DNA of 64,000 nucleotides from Leucoraja ocellata (lineage: Eukaryota). The notes under the pieces are model-generated. The model worked only from the letters and a program-made list of their open reading frames with translations, made no database searches and was not told where the DNA came from. The stretch covers positions 1,116,001-1,180,000 of the forward strand of contig JAWMAR010000546.1 in NCBI GenBank assembly GCA_036785375.1, given 5' to 3'. This document shows positions 47,855 to 62,307 of this stretch, piece after piece (position 1 is the stretch's first letter; each line of letters begins with the position of its first letter). A program made the translations under genes and the position numbers.

Positions 47855-49095
47855 TCTGTACTCTTTTCCGTTTGACATCTTACCTATAATGGTGCCCAGA
47901 ACTGAACACAATATTCTAAATGCGGTCTCACCAACGTCTTATACAACTGCTACATGACCTCCCAACTTCTATACTCAATACTCTGACTGATGAAGGCCAA
48001 AGTGCCAAAATACTTTTTAACCACCTGATATACCTGCGACACGGCCTTCAAGGAACCATGCAACCATCAACCATTCCTCTGCCGACCTGGCTAATTGATC
48101 CAGATCCTGCTGCAATCTTTCACAACCATCTTCACTATCTGCAAAACCACTCACTTCTGTATCATCAGCAAACTTGCTAATCTTGCCCTGTTCCGTGACG
48201 TGTCACAGAGTGCTGGAGTAACTCAGTGGGTCAGGCTGAGTATAGAAGTTGGGAGGTCATGTTGCAGTTGCATAAGAAGTTGGTGAGGCCGCATTCAGAG
48301 TATTGTATTCAGTTCTGGGCACCATGTTATAGGAAACAAGTCATCAAACTGGAAAGGGTACAGTGAAGATTTACGAGGATGTTGCCAGGATGAGAGGGCC
48401 AAAGCTATAGGGAGAGGTTGAGTAGGCTGGGACTCTATTTCATGGAGCACAGGAGGATGAGGGATGATCAAATAGAGGTGTATAAAATCATGATTTGAAT
48501 AGATATGGTTGAGTCTTTTGCCCAGAGTAGGTGAATCGAGGAGCAGAGGACATAAGTTTAAGGTGAAGGGCAAAAGATTTAATAGGAATCTGTGGGGTAT
48601 GTTTTTCACACAAAGGGTGGTAGGTGTATGGAACAAGCTGCCAGAGGAGGTAGTGGAGGCAGGGATTATCGCAACATTTAAGAAACAGTTAGACAGGTAC
48701 ATGGATAGGACAGGTTCGGAGGGATATGGATCAAACGTGGGCAGGTGGGACTAGTGTATATGGGACATGCTGGGCCGAAGGGCCTGTTTCCACACTGTAT
48801 GACTATGACTCTATCTATCTTTCCCTCTCAAACCCATTCTCCTGCCTTCTCCCCATTACCTCCGACAGCCCTATCCATCAAGAATCTATCAATCTCCTCC
48901 TGAAAAATGTCCATTGACGACCTCAACAGCTGTCTGTGGCAATTAATTCGACAGTTCCCAACCCTCTGACTTAAGAAATTCCTGCTCATCTACTTCCTAA
49001 AGGAATGTCTTTTAATTCTGAGGCTGTGGCCACTGGTCCTAGACTCTCCCACTAGGGGAAACATCCTCTCGACATCAACTCCATCCAGGTTTTTA
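47855..49095. mobile_element. Cluster of CR1 fragments in both orientations
   Basis: SRGHKFKVK..WNKLPEEVVEAG (+, about 48235-48812), with minus-strand CR1 pieces on either side. Confidence 0.8.
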
Positions 49096-49299
49096 ACCAG
49101 CTGGGACAGACGGCAACAGCTTCACACCATGTCCCAAAGCTTGTGTCCTGTCCTGCATCACCCAAGGCAGCAGAGACGTTATAGGAGAAGGCAAGCACCG
49201 TAACAAAGTAGCTCACGATAGTTTGGGTAACTTTCAGGAATGTCTATGCATGTCACATCATGAATATTACTGAAGAACGGTCTTGACCCGAAATATAAT

Positions 49300-49490
49300 C
49301 TATACCTTTTCTCCAGAGATGCTGCCTGACTCACTGAGTTACTCCAGCACTCTGTGACTTGTCACCTATCCCTGTTCTCCAGAGATGCTGCCAGACCCGC
49401 TGAGTTACTCCAGCACTCTGTGAAACGTCGCTTATTCATATTCTCTGCAGATGCTGCCTGACCCACTGAGTTACTCCAGCACTCTGTGAC
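49300..49490 (+). repeat. Three tandem 66-bp units of a Penelope/SINE-associated motif
   Basis: ttctccagagatgctgcctgac..gagttactccagcactctgtga repeated at about 49309, 49375 and 49441. Confidence 0.8.
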
Positions 49491-49647
49491 TAATTTCCCT
49501 TCACCCATCTGCCCAAACCCACTCTCCCCCCTCCTTTCCTATGTTCCTTTCCACCCATAAACCTCTCTGCCTTTACATTTCACTCCTCTTTCAAATCTGC
49601 TCTACTTATCTACATTTTTCTTCTTTACTTTTTAGTCATAGAATTGT

Positions 49648-50552
49648 TGTATTGTATTGTATATCTTTATTGTCATTTCCTGAGTATTCGCATACCCAGA
49701 GGAAACAAAAAAACGTTGCTCAACCAGTGTCCATTCAGTGTGCATGAAAAATAAATAGAAATAAAAAATACATGTATCATGAACAAATTTAACACTCTAC
49801 TAAACATTCAACAGGCGTTTCGACCAGCAGCGGCACAACAGTGGCTCTGCTGCAGTGTGTCCAGGTTGGGGGTTTGTGCGCGATACTTGGCGGGGGGGCA
49901 AAGTCCATTTAGCAGTCTTATAGCCTGTGGGAAGAAGCTGAGGAGCATCCTGCTGGTTTTGCAGCTAATGCTCCTGTACCTCTTCCCAGATGGCAGGATG
50001 GAAAAAATGTCATGCGATGGGTGGTAAGGGTCTTTGATGATGGAGATGGCTCTGCTGATACATCTCTTCCTGTATATGTCCAGCAGGAAGGGGAGTGGAG
50101 CACCAATAATCCTGCTGGCGGTCTTCACTATCCTGTCTAGTTGGTGCCGTTCGTACGCCTTGCAGCTCCCGAACCAGGAAGTGATGCCGTAGGTCAATGT
50201 GCTCTCGACAGTCCCCCTATAAAAAGTCCGTAGGTGTGTAGTGGGGAGGCCTGCTTTACGTAGTCTTCGGAGAGGGTGAAGTCGCTGCTGGGCTCTCTTG
50301 ACCAGAGCTGTGGTGTTGGCCGTGGACGTCAGGTCATCAGACAGACGTAGTCCTAGGAACTTCATGCTGCTGACCCTTTCCACATCAGCTCCGTCGATGT
50401 GCAGAGGTGTATGGTGTTGTTTCCCCGCCCTCCTGAAGTCAACCACCATCTCCTTAGTTTTTCCCACGTTAAGAATGAGGTTGTGGGATTTGCACCAACC
50501 TGTGAGCAGCTCCACCTCCATCCTGTACGCCGATTCATCATTGTCACTGATG
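49648..50552 (-). mobile_element. Rex1/Babar-type LINE 3' region (open C-terminal frame)
   Basis: NLILNVGKTKEMVVDFRR..KFLG..YGITSWFG..LPSGKRYRS and (ATACA)n tail. Confidence 0.88.
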
Positions 50553-50971
50553 AGAATGATGCAGTGTGGAAACAGGCCCTTCAGCCCAACTTGCCCACAC
50601 CGACCAACATGTCCCATCTAAACTAGTCCCAATCACACACGTTTGGCCCATATCCATCTAAATCTGTCCTATCCATGTACATGTCCAAATGTCTCTTAAA
50701 CATTAGGATAGTCCCAGCGTTAACTACCTCCTCTGGCAGCTCGTTACATACACCCAGCACCCTTTATGTGAAAAAGCTACCTCTCTGATTCCTGTTAATT
50801 TCTGAAATATTGGTCATAAATATGGTGCAAAAAAAAGCTCCAAAATAAGGCTCAGAATGCATCAGAGAGCATCTAAAACCCCTGAGCTTCCATGGCCCGG
50901 CTTATTTCACATTAAGTTTTTGTAATCCTGTCATGCCACCCCTATTTTTTGAAAAGCTTCGTACGGGCCTG

Positions 50972-51705
50972 GAATGGGTGACGTTTCGGGCTTCTTCAGA
51001 CTGATGTCAGGGGAGTGGGTGGTACAGAGTTAAAATGTAGTTGGAGCCAGCAAGACTGGTGGGAGAACTGGGAAGGGGAAGGGAATGGCCAGAGAGGAAA
51101 AGCAAGAGCTGCTTGATGTTAGAGAAGTCAATGTTCATACCGCTGGGGTGTAAGCTGTCCAAGCAACATATGAAGTACTGTTCCTCCAATTTGCACTGAC
51201 AATGGAGGAGACCCAGGACAGAAAGGTCAGTGTGGGTATGGGAGGGTGAGTTAAAGTGTTGAGCATCCGGGAGATCAAGTAAGTTTAGGCGGACTGAGCG
51301 GAGATGTTCTACAAAATGATCGCCGAACCTACGCTTGGTCTCGCCGATATACAAGAATCCACACCTGGAACAGCGGATACAGTAGATGAGGTTGAAGGAG
51401 CTGAGTGAAACTCTGCCTCCCCTGACAAACCTGTTGGGGTCCTTGGATGGAGTTGATGGGGAGGTATAGGGACAGGTGTTGCAGGGAAAAGTACCTGGAT
51501 GGCTTGGGTGGGAAGGGAGGAGTTGGCCAATGATTTGCGATGGGAGCTGTCTCTGCGGAAAGCAGAAAGGGGTGGAGATGGGAAGATGTGGCTAGTAGTG
51601 CGATCCTGTTGGAGGTGGCGAAAATGTTGGAGGATTATGTGCTATATGCGGCAGCTGATGGGGTGGAAGCCGAGGACAAGGGGGAATCTGTCCTTGTTAC
51701 GAACT
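50972..51705 (-). mobile_element. Penelope-like element fragment (GIY-YIG endonuclease)
   Basis: YIGETKRRFGDHFVEH..AQHFN..GMNIDF, followed by a CTGAAGA..GAAACGTC motif. Confidence 0.85.
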
Positions 51706-52137
51706 TGAGAGAAGTATATACAATGATGAGAGTCATTGATAGGGTAGACAGTCAGTATCATTTTCCAGGATGGAAATGTCCAACACCAGAAGACATAGTT
51801 ATAAGGTGTGAGGGGGAACGTTGAATGCAGATGAGCGAGGCAAGTATTTTACACGGAGTGTGGTACGGACCAGGAACGCATGATGGTGGTGTGGGTGGAT
51901 ATGATAGCGGTGTTTAAGAGGCTCATTGTAGATACAGGGAAGTGCAGGGAGTACAAGGATATGGATCAGGACAGGCAGATCAGTTTAATTGGCCTTCCTA
52001 AGGTCCCGTTACAGCCAATATTCAATAAATCTCTGCACCTGTGTATATATTTATTAGTCTGTTTTCTGTATTGACCACAATCAGAGGCAACATGCATTTT
52101 ACCCGTTTATATCATGTTGTTTATTTAATCTCACAAT

Positions 52138-52790
52138 ATCATAATCATAATTATACTTTATTAGCCAAGTATGTCTTGCAACATACGAGGAATTTGATTT
52201 GCCATCCAGTCATACCAATAAAAAGCAACAGAACACACAAAATACATTTTAACATGAACATCCACCACAGTGACTCCTCCACAATCTCTTCCCTTCTTTG
52301 TACTCCCGCAGTCGCGGGCCTCGAGCTTCCGTTGATTTTGACTCCCGTAGCCGGCGGCGGTCCCTCCGCGTCAGGGCGATCAAGCTCCTGCATCGGGGGG
52401 ATCTCAGCTCCCCGCGCCAGGCGATCTGACCCCCGGGTCGAGGCTGGTCAAACCTTCTGTGTCGTTGGAGCTTCCCGACGTCGGTCTCTCCCGAGATTGC
52501 GAGCTCTTTGATGTTAAAGTCCGCAGGCCGCGGTTGGAGCGTTGATCCCAGGCAAGGAATCAGCTTCGATGTAAGTCCACGCCCCGCGGTGGGGCTCAAA
52601 GTCAGTCCTGAGCAAGGCCGCCAGCTCCATGATGTTAGGCCGCAGAGCGACTGGAGATACGATCCGGAAAACAATCGCATCTCCGGCAAGGAACAAAACT
52701 TTCCCCCGATCCCCTCCCTCACCCCCCACATAAAACAAACCAGAGAACATTAGCACAAATTTCAAAACACACTAAAAATAATAAAAACGA
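52138..52790 (-). mobile_element. GC-rich non-autonomous retroposon, related to 2586-3431
   Basis: Shared T-rich 5' end and cactgtggtggatgtt..AATAAA 3' end. Confidence 0.65.
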
Positions 52791-52959
52791 CGGTATATTG
52801 TCCAACTTCTTGTATTATCTAAGCTTGTCTTTGCCCCGCATAAACCATGTTAGACCCAGCCTCCATATTCATTAACTCACTGGACATAAAAAGAAAATAA
52901 TGATCATGGGGTACAAGGACCGCTCTTTTCACAATACATTGTGTTTTCTTTTCTCATAT

Positions 52960-53290
52960 TTAGTTTTGTTTAGTTTGGAGACACAGCGCGGAAACAAGCC
53001 CTTCAGACCTCCGCGCCCACGCCGACCAGTGGTGCCCATACACTAGCACTATCCAACACACTAGGGACAATCTACATTCGTTTCCAAAGCCAATTAACCA
53101 ACAGACCTATACGTCTTTGGAGTGTGGGAGGAAACCGGAGCACCCGGAGAAAACACACGTGGTCACATGGAGAATGGACATACACTGTATAGACAGCCTA
53201 CAGTCAGGATCAAATCTTGGTCTATGGTGCTGTAAAGCAGCAGCTCTACCACTGTGCCAGCCTGTCGCCCCATATGCCACTGTGCCGCCC
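52960..53290 (-). mobile_element. tRNA-derived SINE (HE1/V-SINE-like)
   Basis: Minus strand GGCACAGTGGTAGAGCTGCTGC.. head matches the SINEs at 18008-18445. (CTAAA)n-like tail. Confidence 0.75.
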
Positions 53291-56095
53291 CTATATCTAC
53301 TATAATAGACAATGTCATTGTTTATGGGCCGTATTTATTCATATGATATTTTGAATCTCTAAACTAAAATAATAAAATGACTATAGTGCCATGGTCTGAA
53401 GCACAAATCTATGTCACATTAGGCCTTACGTCTCCATACTTTATACTGTAACACGTATCCATCTGTCAAGCCCAACGTCTGTATTTGCTTAAATCATAAT
53501 CTGTCTCAACCTTCTGTACCTTACACTGAGTACACTCCACAATAGTCTTGCAAATGCACTATATAGACCATAGAAATGTACAGTACAGTTACATGCCTTT
53601 CCACTCACAATCTCTCTACTAAATATAATGCCAAGATAAACCAATCTCACCTATGTGCAAATGATTCCCATCCCGCCACTCTCTGCATATCCATATGCCT
53701 GTCTAAATACTTCTGGTGCATTACACAATGTGTTTCAAGCACCTATCCACTTCATATGCTGCACTATGTCAACAATAATTACACCCCAAAATGCCGCCAG
53801 CTCTAAAGCACGAGGACACATATATATTTATTTCAGACTTCACCAAAAACTGAATTAATCCTACAGAGACTGTAGCAGTCCAGAATAAAGTTATCCGTGT
53901 TGGCAAGTTGGGTTAAGGTCACATATTTTCTCAGAATAAACATTATCAACTGATCTCATCACTTTGGTGTTCAAGAAGAGACTGCAGATGCTGGAGAATT
54001 GAAGGTAGACAAAAGTGCTGGAGAAACTCAGCGGGTGAGGTAGCATCTATGGAGCGAAAGAAATAGGCAACGTTTCGGGCCGAAACCCTTCTTTAGACTG
54101 GTTAATCACTTTGGTTCTCTGTTAAAAGGAAGATGGAAACCTGCAATGATGGAAATACTGCATCTTGCATCTATTTTAACATCACCGTAAATTATCTAAG
54201 CTTATAGATGCAGAAAATCTCAAAGCACTTGACTTTGTGGCCATGTTAGCAGATGATATGAACATAGGTAGTAGGACAGGTAGTGTAGAGGAAGCAGGGA
54301 GCCTGCAGATGAACTGGACAGGTTGGTAGAATTGGCCAACAAGGATATGGAAAATGTTGAGCCGAGTTTGGGCCCATACAGTATCTGAGGTGGGATAAGC
54401 TGGACTTGGAGAGGGATCCGATGAGGCTTAGAATAATGATCCCGGGGATGATTGGGGTAACCTTTGATGAGCGTTTGACAGCGCTAGGCCTATGCACGCT
54501 GGACTTTAAAAGGATGTGGTGAGACCTTATTGCGACTGATTGAGATTGAAAGGCCCGAGGAGGGTTGATGTGGAGAGGATGTTTCCACTCATTGGAAAGT
54601 CTAGGACAAGAGAGCACAGCCTCAGTGTAAAAGTACATAGACTTAGAAAGGAAATGAGGAATTTATTTAATCAGCGGTGAATCTGTGGAATTCATTGCCA
54701 CGGGCAGCCATGGAGGCCAAGTTATATGGTTCTGTTTTAAAGTGGAGATTGGCAGATTTGTGTTTAGTTAGGGAGTCAAGGGCTTTGGCGGAAAGGCAGC
54801 AGAATGGGTACGAGAGAGAAAGATAAGTCAGCGGCGATTGAATGGCAGAGTAGACTCGACGGGCCGAATGATACAATTATGCTGCTATGATTCATGAATA
54901 TCTGAACTTATGAAAGTACGCTGAATCACCAGAGAAAATGTAGTAAAATAATGCGCTAGACATCGACAAGTCACCTGGACCCAATGACTTGAATGTGAGC
55001 ATTAGAAATAAGTAGATGTAGGTAAAGAGAGAGTATGGATTATAATATATTAGAAAATAACATTTACAAATGATGTAACATTGCGGAAAAACTCTAATTG
55101 AGTTAAAACTGCAAAAGTGACTACGATTAAGAAGGAGAGCCAGAAATGAGCACGAAAAATGTCAAATAGTCGAACATCTATCAGAGGGGAAACTAGAGGC
55201 ATGTAAGGGTACAAATAACAAGTTAATGAAAGTTACGAAAAGAACAAATCAAAGCCAGCCCAACGATCAAGGAATGGTGGAGCCCACAATGGCCTCTTGT
55301 TGGCTGTGGAAAAGGTGATAACAAGTGCATATAAGCCGTAAAACTAAGCAGGATGACAGTGAAACTAGTAGGATGACTGGGTGGGTGAGGAAGGGGACTG
55401 ATGGATTGCAACGGTTAGAGGAAATAAGGAAGATCAATATTCCTACCGCTATGGTTCGGGTTAGAGTTAGGGTTAGGGAGAGTGCAGGTGAGGATATCGA
55501 TTGGCAGATGGCTGGAGGAAGGATACGGATGATGGGACGTTTTATAGATTTCTAATGAGATCATGTCTGGAAACATCTCTAATACTGAAATACAATGCTT
55601 GGGACTATTGTAAGGATGGTAGTGCAAGGTTCACTAAGCTGATTCTTGCATGACAAAATGATGTGGAGAGGCAGATAAACAGAAAGAGGCCACTGCATAA
55701 CATTTCAAAGACTTAGAGATGACCTTACTATTGTTAATATTCTGAGCTGGGTTGATTGGCTAGCTGTTGAGATTATTTTTTCTACAGTGGTGTTCAGGAC
55801 TAAGGAGCGTGGATTCAGAATAAGGGGTAGCTAATGCAATCGGTGACCAAGAGTAATTTGTGACAAGGAGTTGCGGCACTTTGGAATTCTCTATTCCCGA
55901 AAACAATGGATATGAATATATTGACAATATTTCAATTGCATGCTGGTGGAGTTTAAAAAAATATCAAATAAGGCAAGGAGTATGTGGAATGAGCAGAAAG
56001 GTGATGAGGATTCTTAGACGACATCCGCCGTGATATTATGGAAGAGCGAAGCGACCACGAATGATGGGTCAGCATCTTTCTGCAGTGTTTCTCGA

Positions 56096-56610
56096 TTGAC
56101 AATAGACAATAGACATTAGGTGCAGGAGTAGACCATTCGGCCCTTTAAGCCAGCACCGCCATTCACTGTGATTATGGCTGATCATCCACAATTAGTGCCC
56201 CGTTCATGCCTTCTCCCCATATCCCCATGACTCCGCTATCTTTAAGAGCTCTATCTAACTCTTTCTGGAAAGCATCCAGAGAATTGGCCTCCACTGACTT
56301 TTGAGGCAGAGAATTCCACAGATTCACAACTCTCTGGGTGAGAAAGCTTTTCCTCATCTCCGTTCTAAATAGCCTACCCCTTATTCTTAAACTGTGCCCC
56401 CTGGCTCTGGACTCCCCAAACATCGGGAACATGTTTCCTGCCTTTAGCGTGTCCAATCTCTTAATAATCTTATATGTCTCAATAAGATGCCCTCTCATTC
56501 TTCTAAATTCCAGAGTATACAAGCCCAGTCACTCCATTCGTTCAACAGTCCCGCCATCCCAGGAATTAACCTCGTGAACCTACGCTGCACTCCCTCAATA
56601 GCAAGAATCT
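56096..56610 (-). mobile_element. CR1 LINE 3' fragment
   Basis: LEFRRMRGHLIETYK..LWNSLPQK and (CTATTGT)n tail. Confidence 0.9.
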
Positions 56611-56794
56611 CCACTTTTCAAGCAATACACAAACTGATGTAGCATTTCAGCGAGCCAAAGAACATCTATGGAGGGGCTGGACAGATGACGCATCCTAACG
56701 GGATGCTTTCTTCTGAGTAATTGCCGTCGGGGTGGGGAGAAAACTGGAAAAGAGTGGGTGTGGCAGGATAAAGTTTGGCAAACAATAGGTGGAA

Positions 56795-57930
56795 GATAGA
56801 CACAAAATGCTGGAGTAATTCAGTGGGACAGGCAGAATATTTTGAGAGAAGGAATGGGTGACGTTTCGGGCTTCTTCAGACTGATGTCAGGGGAGTGGGC
56901 GGTACAGAGTTAAAATGTAGTTGGAGCCAGCAAGACCGGTGGGAGAACTGGGAAGGGGAAGGGAATGTCCAGAGAGGAAAAGCAAGAGCTGCTTGATGTT
57001 AGAGAAGTCAATGTTCATACCGCTGGGGTGTAAGCTGTCCAAGCAACAGATGTTCCTCCAATTTGCACTGGGCCTCACTCTGACAATGGAGGAGGCCCAG
57101 GACAGAAAGGTCAGAGTGGGAATGGAGGGTGAGTTAAAGTTTTGATCAACCGGGAGATCAAGTAAGTTTAGGTGGACTGAGCAGAGGTGTTCTTCAAAAT
57201 GATCGCCGAACCTGCGCTTGGTCTCGCCGATATACAAGAATCCACACCTGGAACAGTGGATACAGTAGATGAGGTTGAAGGAGGTGAGTGAACCTCTGCC
57301 TCACCTGACAAAACTGCTGGGGTCCTTGGATGGAGTTGATGGGGAGGTATAGGGACAGGTGTTGCAGGGGAAAGTACCTGGGTGGGAAGGGAGGAGTTGG
57401 CCAAGGATTTACGATGGGAGCTGTCTCTGCAGAAAGGGGTGGAGATGGCTAGTAGTGGGATCCTGTTAGAGATGGCGAAAATGTTGGAGGATTATGTGCT
57501 ATATGCGGCAGCTGATGGGGTGGAAGCCGAGGACAAGGAGGAATCTGGCCTTGTTACGAATGGGGGGGAGGGAGAGCAAGAACGGAGCTGCAGGATGTTG
57601 ACAAGATCCTAGTGAGAGCCTCATCTATAATGGAAGAGGGGATTCCCATTCCCTGAAGAATGAAGACATCTCGGATGACCTGGTATGGAACACTTCATCA
57701 TGGGCGCAGATGCGGCGTAGGAGGAGGAATTGGGAGTAGGCAGAGAGTCTTGACAGGAAACACGCTGGGAAGAATCTGGATAGCAATGAGAGTCAGTGGG
57801 TTTGTCATAGGTGTCAGTCGCTAGCCTGTCTCCTGTGATGGTGACGGTCAGATCTGGAAACGGCATGGAGATGTCGGGGATGGTCCAAGTGAATTTCAGT
57901 GCAGGATGTAAATTTGGTTGTGACGTTAAT
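56795..57930 (-). mobile_element. Penelope-like element fragment (RT C-terminus + GIY-YIG)
   Basis: PFPDL..YDKPTDSH and YIGETKRRFGDH. Near-duplicate of 50972-51705. Confidence 0.85.
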
Positions 57931-58576
57931 GGTCAGTGAGTGCTGCATTGGTGCAGGAGGTGGCACCGATGCAGTCGTTCATGTAGCACAGGTAGTTTTT
58001 TTTTATTTAAATGACGAAGGTGACTTGAGAGCTGGGGGCTGGGGAGTAAAATATGGGCACAAGAATGAGGAAGAGAGCGTGTGCAGGGTGCTATGATTCT
58101 AAATTGGAGAAATCGGTGTTTATACTGTTCCATTGAAAGATATCCAAGCGGATCATCATCGGGTGCTGCTCTCCACTGTGTGTGAGGCCAAGATTGACAA
58201 TGGAAGATGCTCGGTGTGGGAATGGGAAACAGAGCTTAACTGACTGTGAACTTTACGGAGAGAGCATAATGGTCATCAAAACGGTTGCCTGGTCACTCTT
58301 GGTCTCACCAATGTACACAAATGAGCATCGCAGGAAACAAATGCTGCATACGTGATCTGCAGAGGTAGATGTGAATCTCAGTCTGAACTGGGACAACTGC
58401 CTGTGTGGCTGGTGGAAGTGAAACAGGAGCTGTCGGGCCAGGCGTTACATTCCATGCGGATGTAGGGGAAATGCTTGGGAATGGAGCGGTTTCGGTGGGG
58501 AGAGATGACCAGACCAAGCAACTGCGGACAATGTGGTCTCTCTGGAAAACGGAAGGGGCGGAAACGGAAAGATAGA

Positions 58577-59600
58577 GACATAGAAACATAGAGTGATACA
58601 GTGTGGAAACAGGCCCTTCAACCCAACTTGACCACACTGACCAACGATGTCCCAGCTACACTTGTCCCACTTGCCTGCACTTGGTCCATAACCCTCCAAA
58701 CCTGTGCTATCCATGTACCTGTCCAACTGTTTCTTAAACGATGGGAGAGTCCCAGCCTCATCTACCTCCTCTGGCAGCTTGTTCCATATACCCATCACCC
58801 TCTGTGTGAAAAAGTTACCCTTCGTATTCTTATTAAATCTTTTACCCTTCACCTTGAACCCATGTCCTCTGGTCCTTGATTCCCCTATTCTCATGATTTT
58901 GTACTCCTCTATAAGATCACCCCTCATCCTCTACGCTCCATGAAATAGTGACCCAGCCTACTCAACCTCTCCCTATAGCTGACACCGTCTAGTCCTGGCA
59001 ACTTCCTCGTAAATCTTTACTGAACCCCTTCAAGCTTGACAACATATTTCCTATAACATGGTGCCCAGAACTGAACACAATATTCTAAACTCACCAACTG
59101 TTTATACAACTACAACATGACCTCCCAACTTCTATACTCAATGCTCTGATTGATGAAGGTCAAAGAGCCAAAAGCCTTTTTGACTACCTTAGCTACCTGC
59201 GACACGACCTTCAAGGAACCATGCACCTGTACTCCTAGATCCCTCTGCTCTACAACACTAACCAGAGGCCGTTTGTTGTGTAGGTCCTGCCCTTGTTCGA
59301 GGATGCAAAATGCAACATCTCACACTTCTCTGTATTAAATTCCATCAACCATTCCTCCCGCCCACCTGGCTAATTGATCCAGATCCTGCTGCAATCTTTC
59401 ACAACCATCTTCACTATCTGCAAAAACACTCACTTTTGTATCATCAGCAAACTTGCTAATCTTGCCCTGTATGTTCTCATCCAAATCATTGATGTAGATG
59501 ACAAATAGTAACAGGCCCAGCACCCAACCCTGAGGCACACCACTAGTCACAGACCTCCAGTCCGAGTAGCAACCTTCCACCATCTCCCTCTGTTTCAGTA
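58577..59600 (-). mobile_element. CR1 LINE RT-to-3' fragment, nested in degenerate Penelope sequence
   Basis: SGVPQGWVLG..YINDL..KFADDTK motifs and tail. Confidence 0.9.
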
Positions 59601-60284
59601 TTTCCTCGACGGTAACCCTGACTGCTGTCATGACACTTCCAGTGACAGGACGCGACTGGAGATGAGATCACATTGAAGATATTGGAAATGTCGGAGAATG
59701 ATATATTATATGTGCAGGCTGGTGTGGTGAAAAGCGAGGTCCAGAGGAACATTATCCTTGTTCTGTCTGAGGAAGGGCGAGTGAGAGTAGAACTGCGAGA
59801 CACAGGGAACGTATGGATGGAGGTGTAATCCACAACTGCACGGCTAAACCACGGCTACTGAAATTAAAGGAAGGTTTCATTTGTCGTTGGGTGAAAAGCG
59901 TTATCGTAGAAGTAGAAGTAACTGAGACGGAGAACTCGAGAGTAAGGGATGGTGTCCTTACAAGGGGCAGATTGGAAGGATGCAGTCAAAGTAACTGAGT
60001 CAGCGGGTATTAATGGACGTCTGTGCGTAGTCTACATTTTGTGATGGAGACAGAGAGATCCTGAAAGCAAAGTTCAGTCACAGAGATTGTCCTGGTGAAT
60101 GTCCGTTGCTCTATTTAATTTCTCCATGTCAGTAACACTCTCTGTAGACGTAAAGCCAGTCAAGCCTCACTACGTTCTGCCAGATTCTGAAAGTATTTGA
60201 CATTGTCAAGGTGAATTATGATCATTTGTTCACATTGAAACTCTCTGACAAATCATTTTTACCATGTTTTGCTGTTTATCATAT

Positions 60285-62290
60285 GCTGAGGAAATGGAGC
60301 AGCTGGGCTTGTAAACTCTGGAGTTTAGAAGACGAGAGGGGTTCTTATTGAAACATATACGATTATTCAGGGTTTGGGTATGCTAAAGGGAGGAAACATG
60401 TTCCTGATGTTGGGGGAGTCCAGAACCAGGGGCCACAGTTTAAGAATAAGGAGTAAGCCATTTAGAACGGAGATTAGGAAACACTTTTTCACACAGAGAG
60501 TGGTGAGTCTGTTGAATTCTCTTCCTCAGAGGGCAGTGAAGGCAGGTTCTCTGGATACTTTCAAGAAACAGCTAGATAGGGCTCTTAAAGATAGCGCAGT
60601 CAGGGGATATGGGAAGAAGGCAGAAACGTGGTACTGATTGGGGATGATCAGCCATGATCACATTGAATGGCGGTGCTGGCTCGAAGGGCCAAATGGCCTA
60701 CTCCTGCACCTATTGTCTATTGTCTATTGTTATTGCGCATGGGACATGCTCCAGGGAAATATTTGTAATTGCGATTTCATGAACAACAGTGTTGTACACT
60801 GAAACATATTATAGTAACGGATCATGACTAGACACGAACATTAACGATTGGAGCAAGGTGGGCCATTAGGCCCTTAAAACTGGTTCAGCCTTCAACCCAA
60901 TCATTGCTGATCATCATGTGTCCGATTCTTCCAAATATTATTACCAGTTGAGGGTACAAGACATGTGTTGCTGGGCAGATCTTGGAGTTGTTAGTTTGCA
61001 GTCAGCAGCTCTGTGCATCGGGCTGGAATCAGTACATTCATTTCTCTAAATAATCCACAGGTGCTTCCGTTCAGTTAGCTCCTGCTCTTTGTTAGCGATG
61101 GAGTGTTGGACTCCAGCCACATCATATGTGGGGGAAAGGTGAAATCAAATGGAATCAGAATAAATATGAAATGCCATTCATTTAAAAAAAATTCAGCTTT
61201 AACGGCGAGTTCTGAGGCTAATAAAATTAAGTGAGACACAGATGTGGCAGGGAAAACGTAACATTTTGGATGATCATTCATGGTCAAGTTGAACGTCAAT
61301 AAGCAATAATGCAATAGCAAGGAGAGACATTCGTTTGGATGTTGTAAAATCAGTATGGGTAGAACAGTGAAATAGCCAAGGGCAGAAAACGTTTGTTGGA
61401 GTGGGATACAGACCCCCAACAGCAGGATGGAGGTTGGGGATAGCATCAAGCAGGAAATTAGTGATGCATGCAGCAAAGATACAGCGGTTATCATGAGTGA
61501 CTTCAATTTACCGGTAGATTGGGCCAACCAAATTGGTAACAATGCTGAGGAGGATTTCCAGGAATGTATACGGGATGGGTTTTTAAACCAATATGTAGAG
61601 GAACCGACTAGAGGGCAGGCTGGGTATTGTGTAACGAGGACAGATTAGTTAGCGATCTTGTTGTGCAAAGCTACTCGGTCAACTGTGACCATAATATGGT
61701 GGAATTCCACATTAGAATGGAGAGTGACACGGTTAATTCAGAGACTAGGCTCCTGAACTTGAATAAAGACTTTGAAGGTATGAGACGGGAACTGGCTAGG
61801 AGAGACAGGCACATTTTATTTAAAGGGTTGACAGTGGAAATGCAATGGCGAAGATTTAAAGACCGCTTAGATAAACTTAGATACGTCACAGAGTCATAGT
61901 GTACCACAGTGTGGAAACGGGTCCTTCGGCCCAACTTCCCCACATCAACCACCAATGTCCCAGCTACTAGTCCCACTTACCTGCACTTGGTCAATATCCC
62001 TCCAATCCATGTCATATCAATGTATCTAACTGTCTTTTAAACAATGGGATAGTCCCAACCTCAACCACCTCCTCTGGCGGCTTGTTCCATACACCCACCA
62101 CCCTTGGTGTGAAAACGTGATCTCTCGGATTCCTGTTATATCTTTTCCCCTTCACCTTGAACCTATGTCCTCTGGTCCTCGATTCCTTCACTCTGGTCAC
62201 AAGTCTCGGGGCATCTTCCCGATCTTTTCCTCCCATGATTTTGTACACCTCTTTAAGATCTCCCCTCATCATCCTCCTGCGCTCCATGGC
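60285..62290. mobile_element. CR1 fragments (3' end + 60285-60731; endonuclease region + about 61300-61880; 3' end - about 61885-62290)
   Basis: RGHSLRIR, SDFNLPVDW, CDHNMVEF and RGHRFKVK motifs. Confidence 0.85.
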
Positions 62291-62307
62291 GATTGATACA
62301 AATACAT

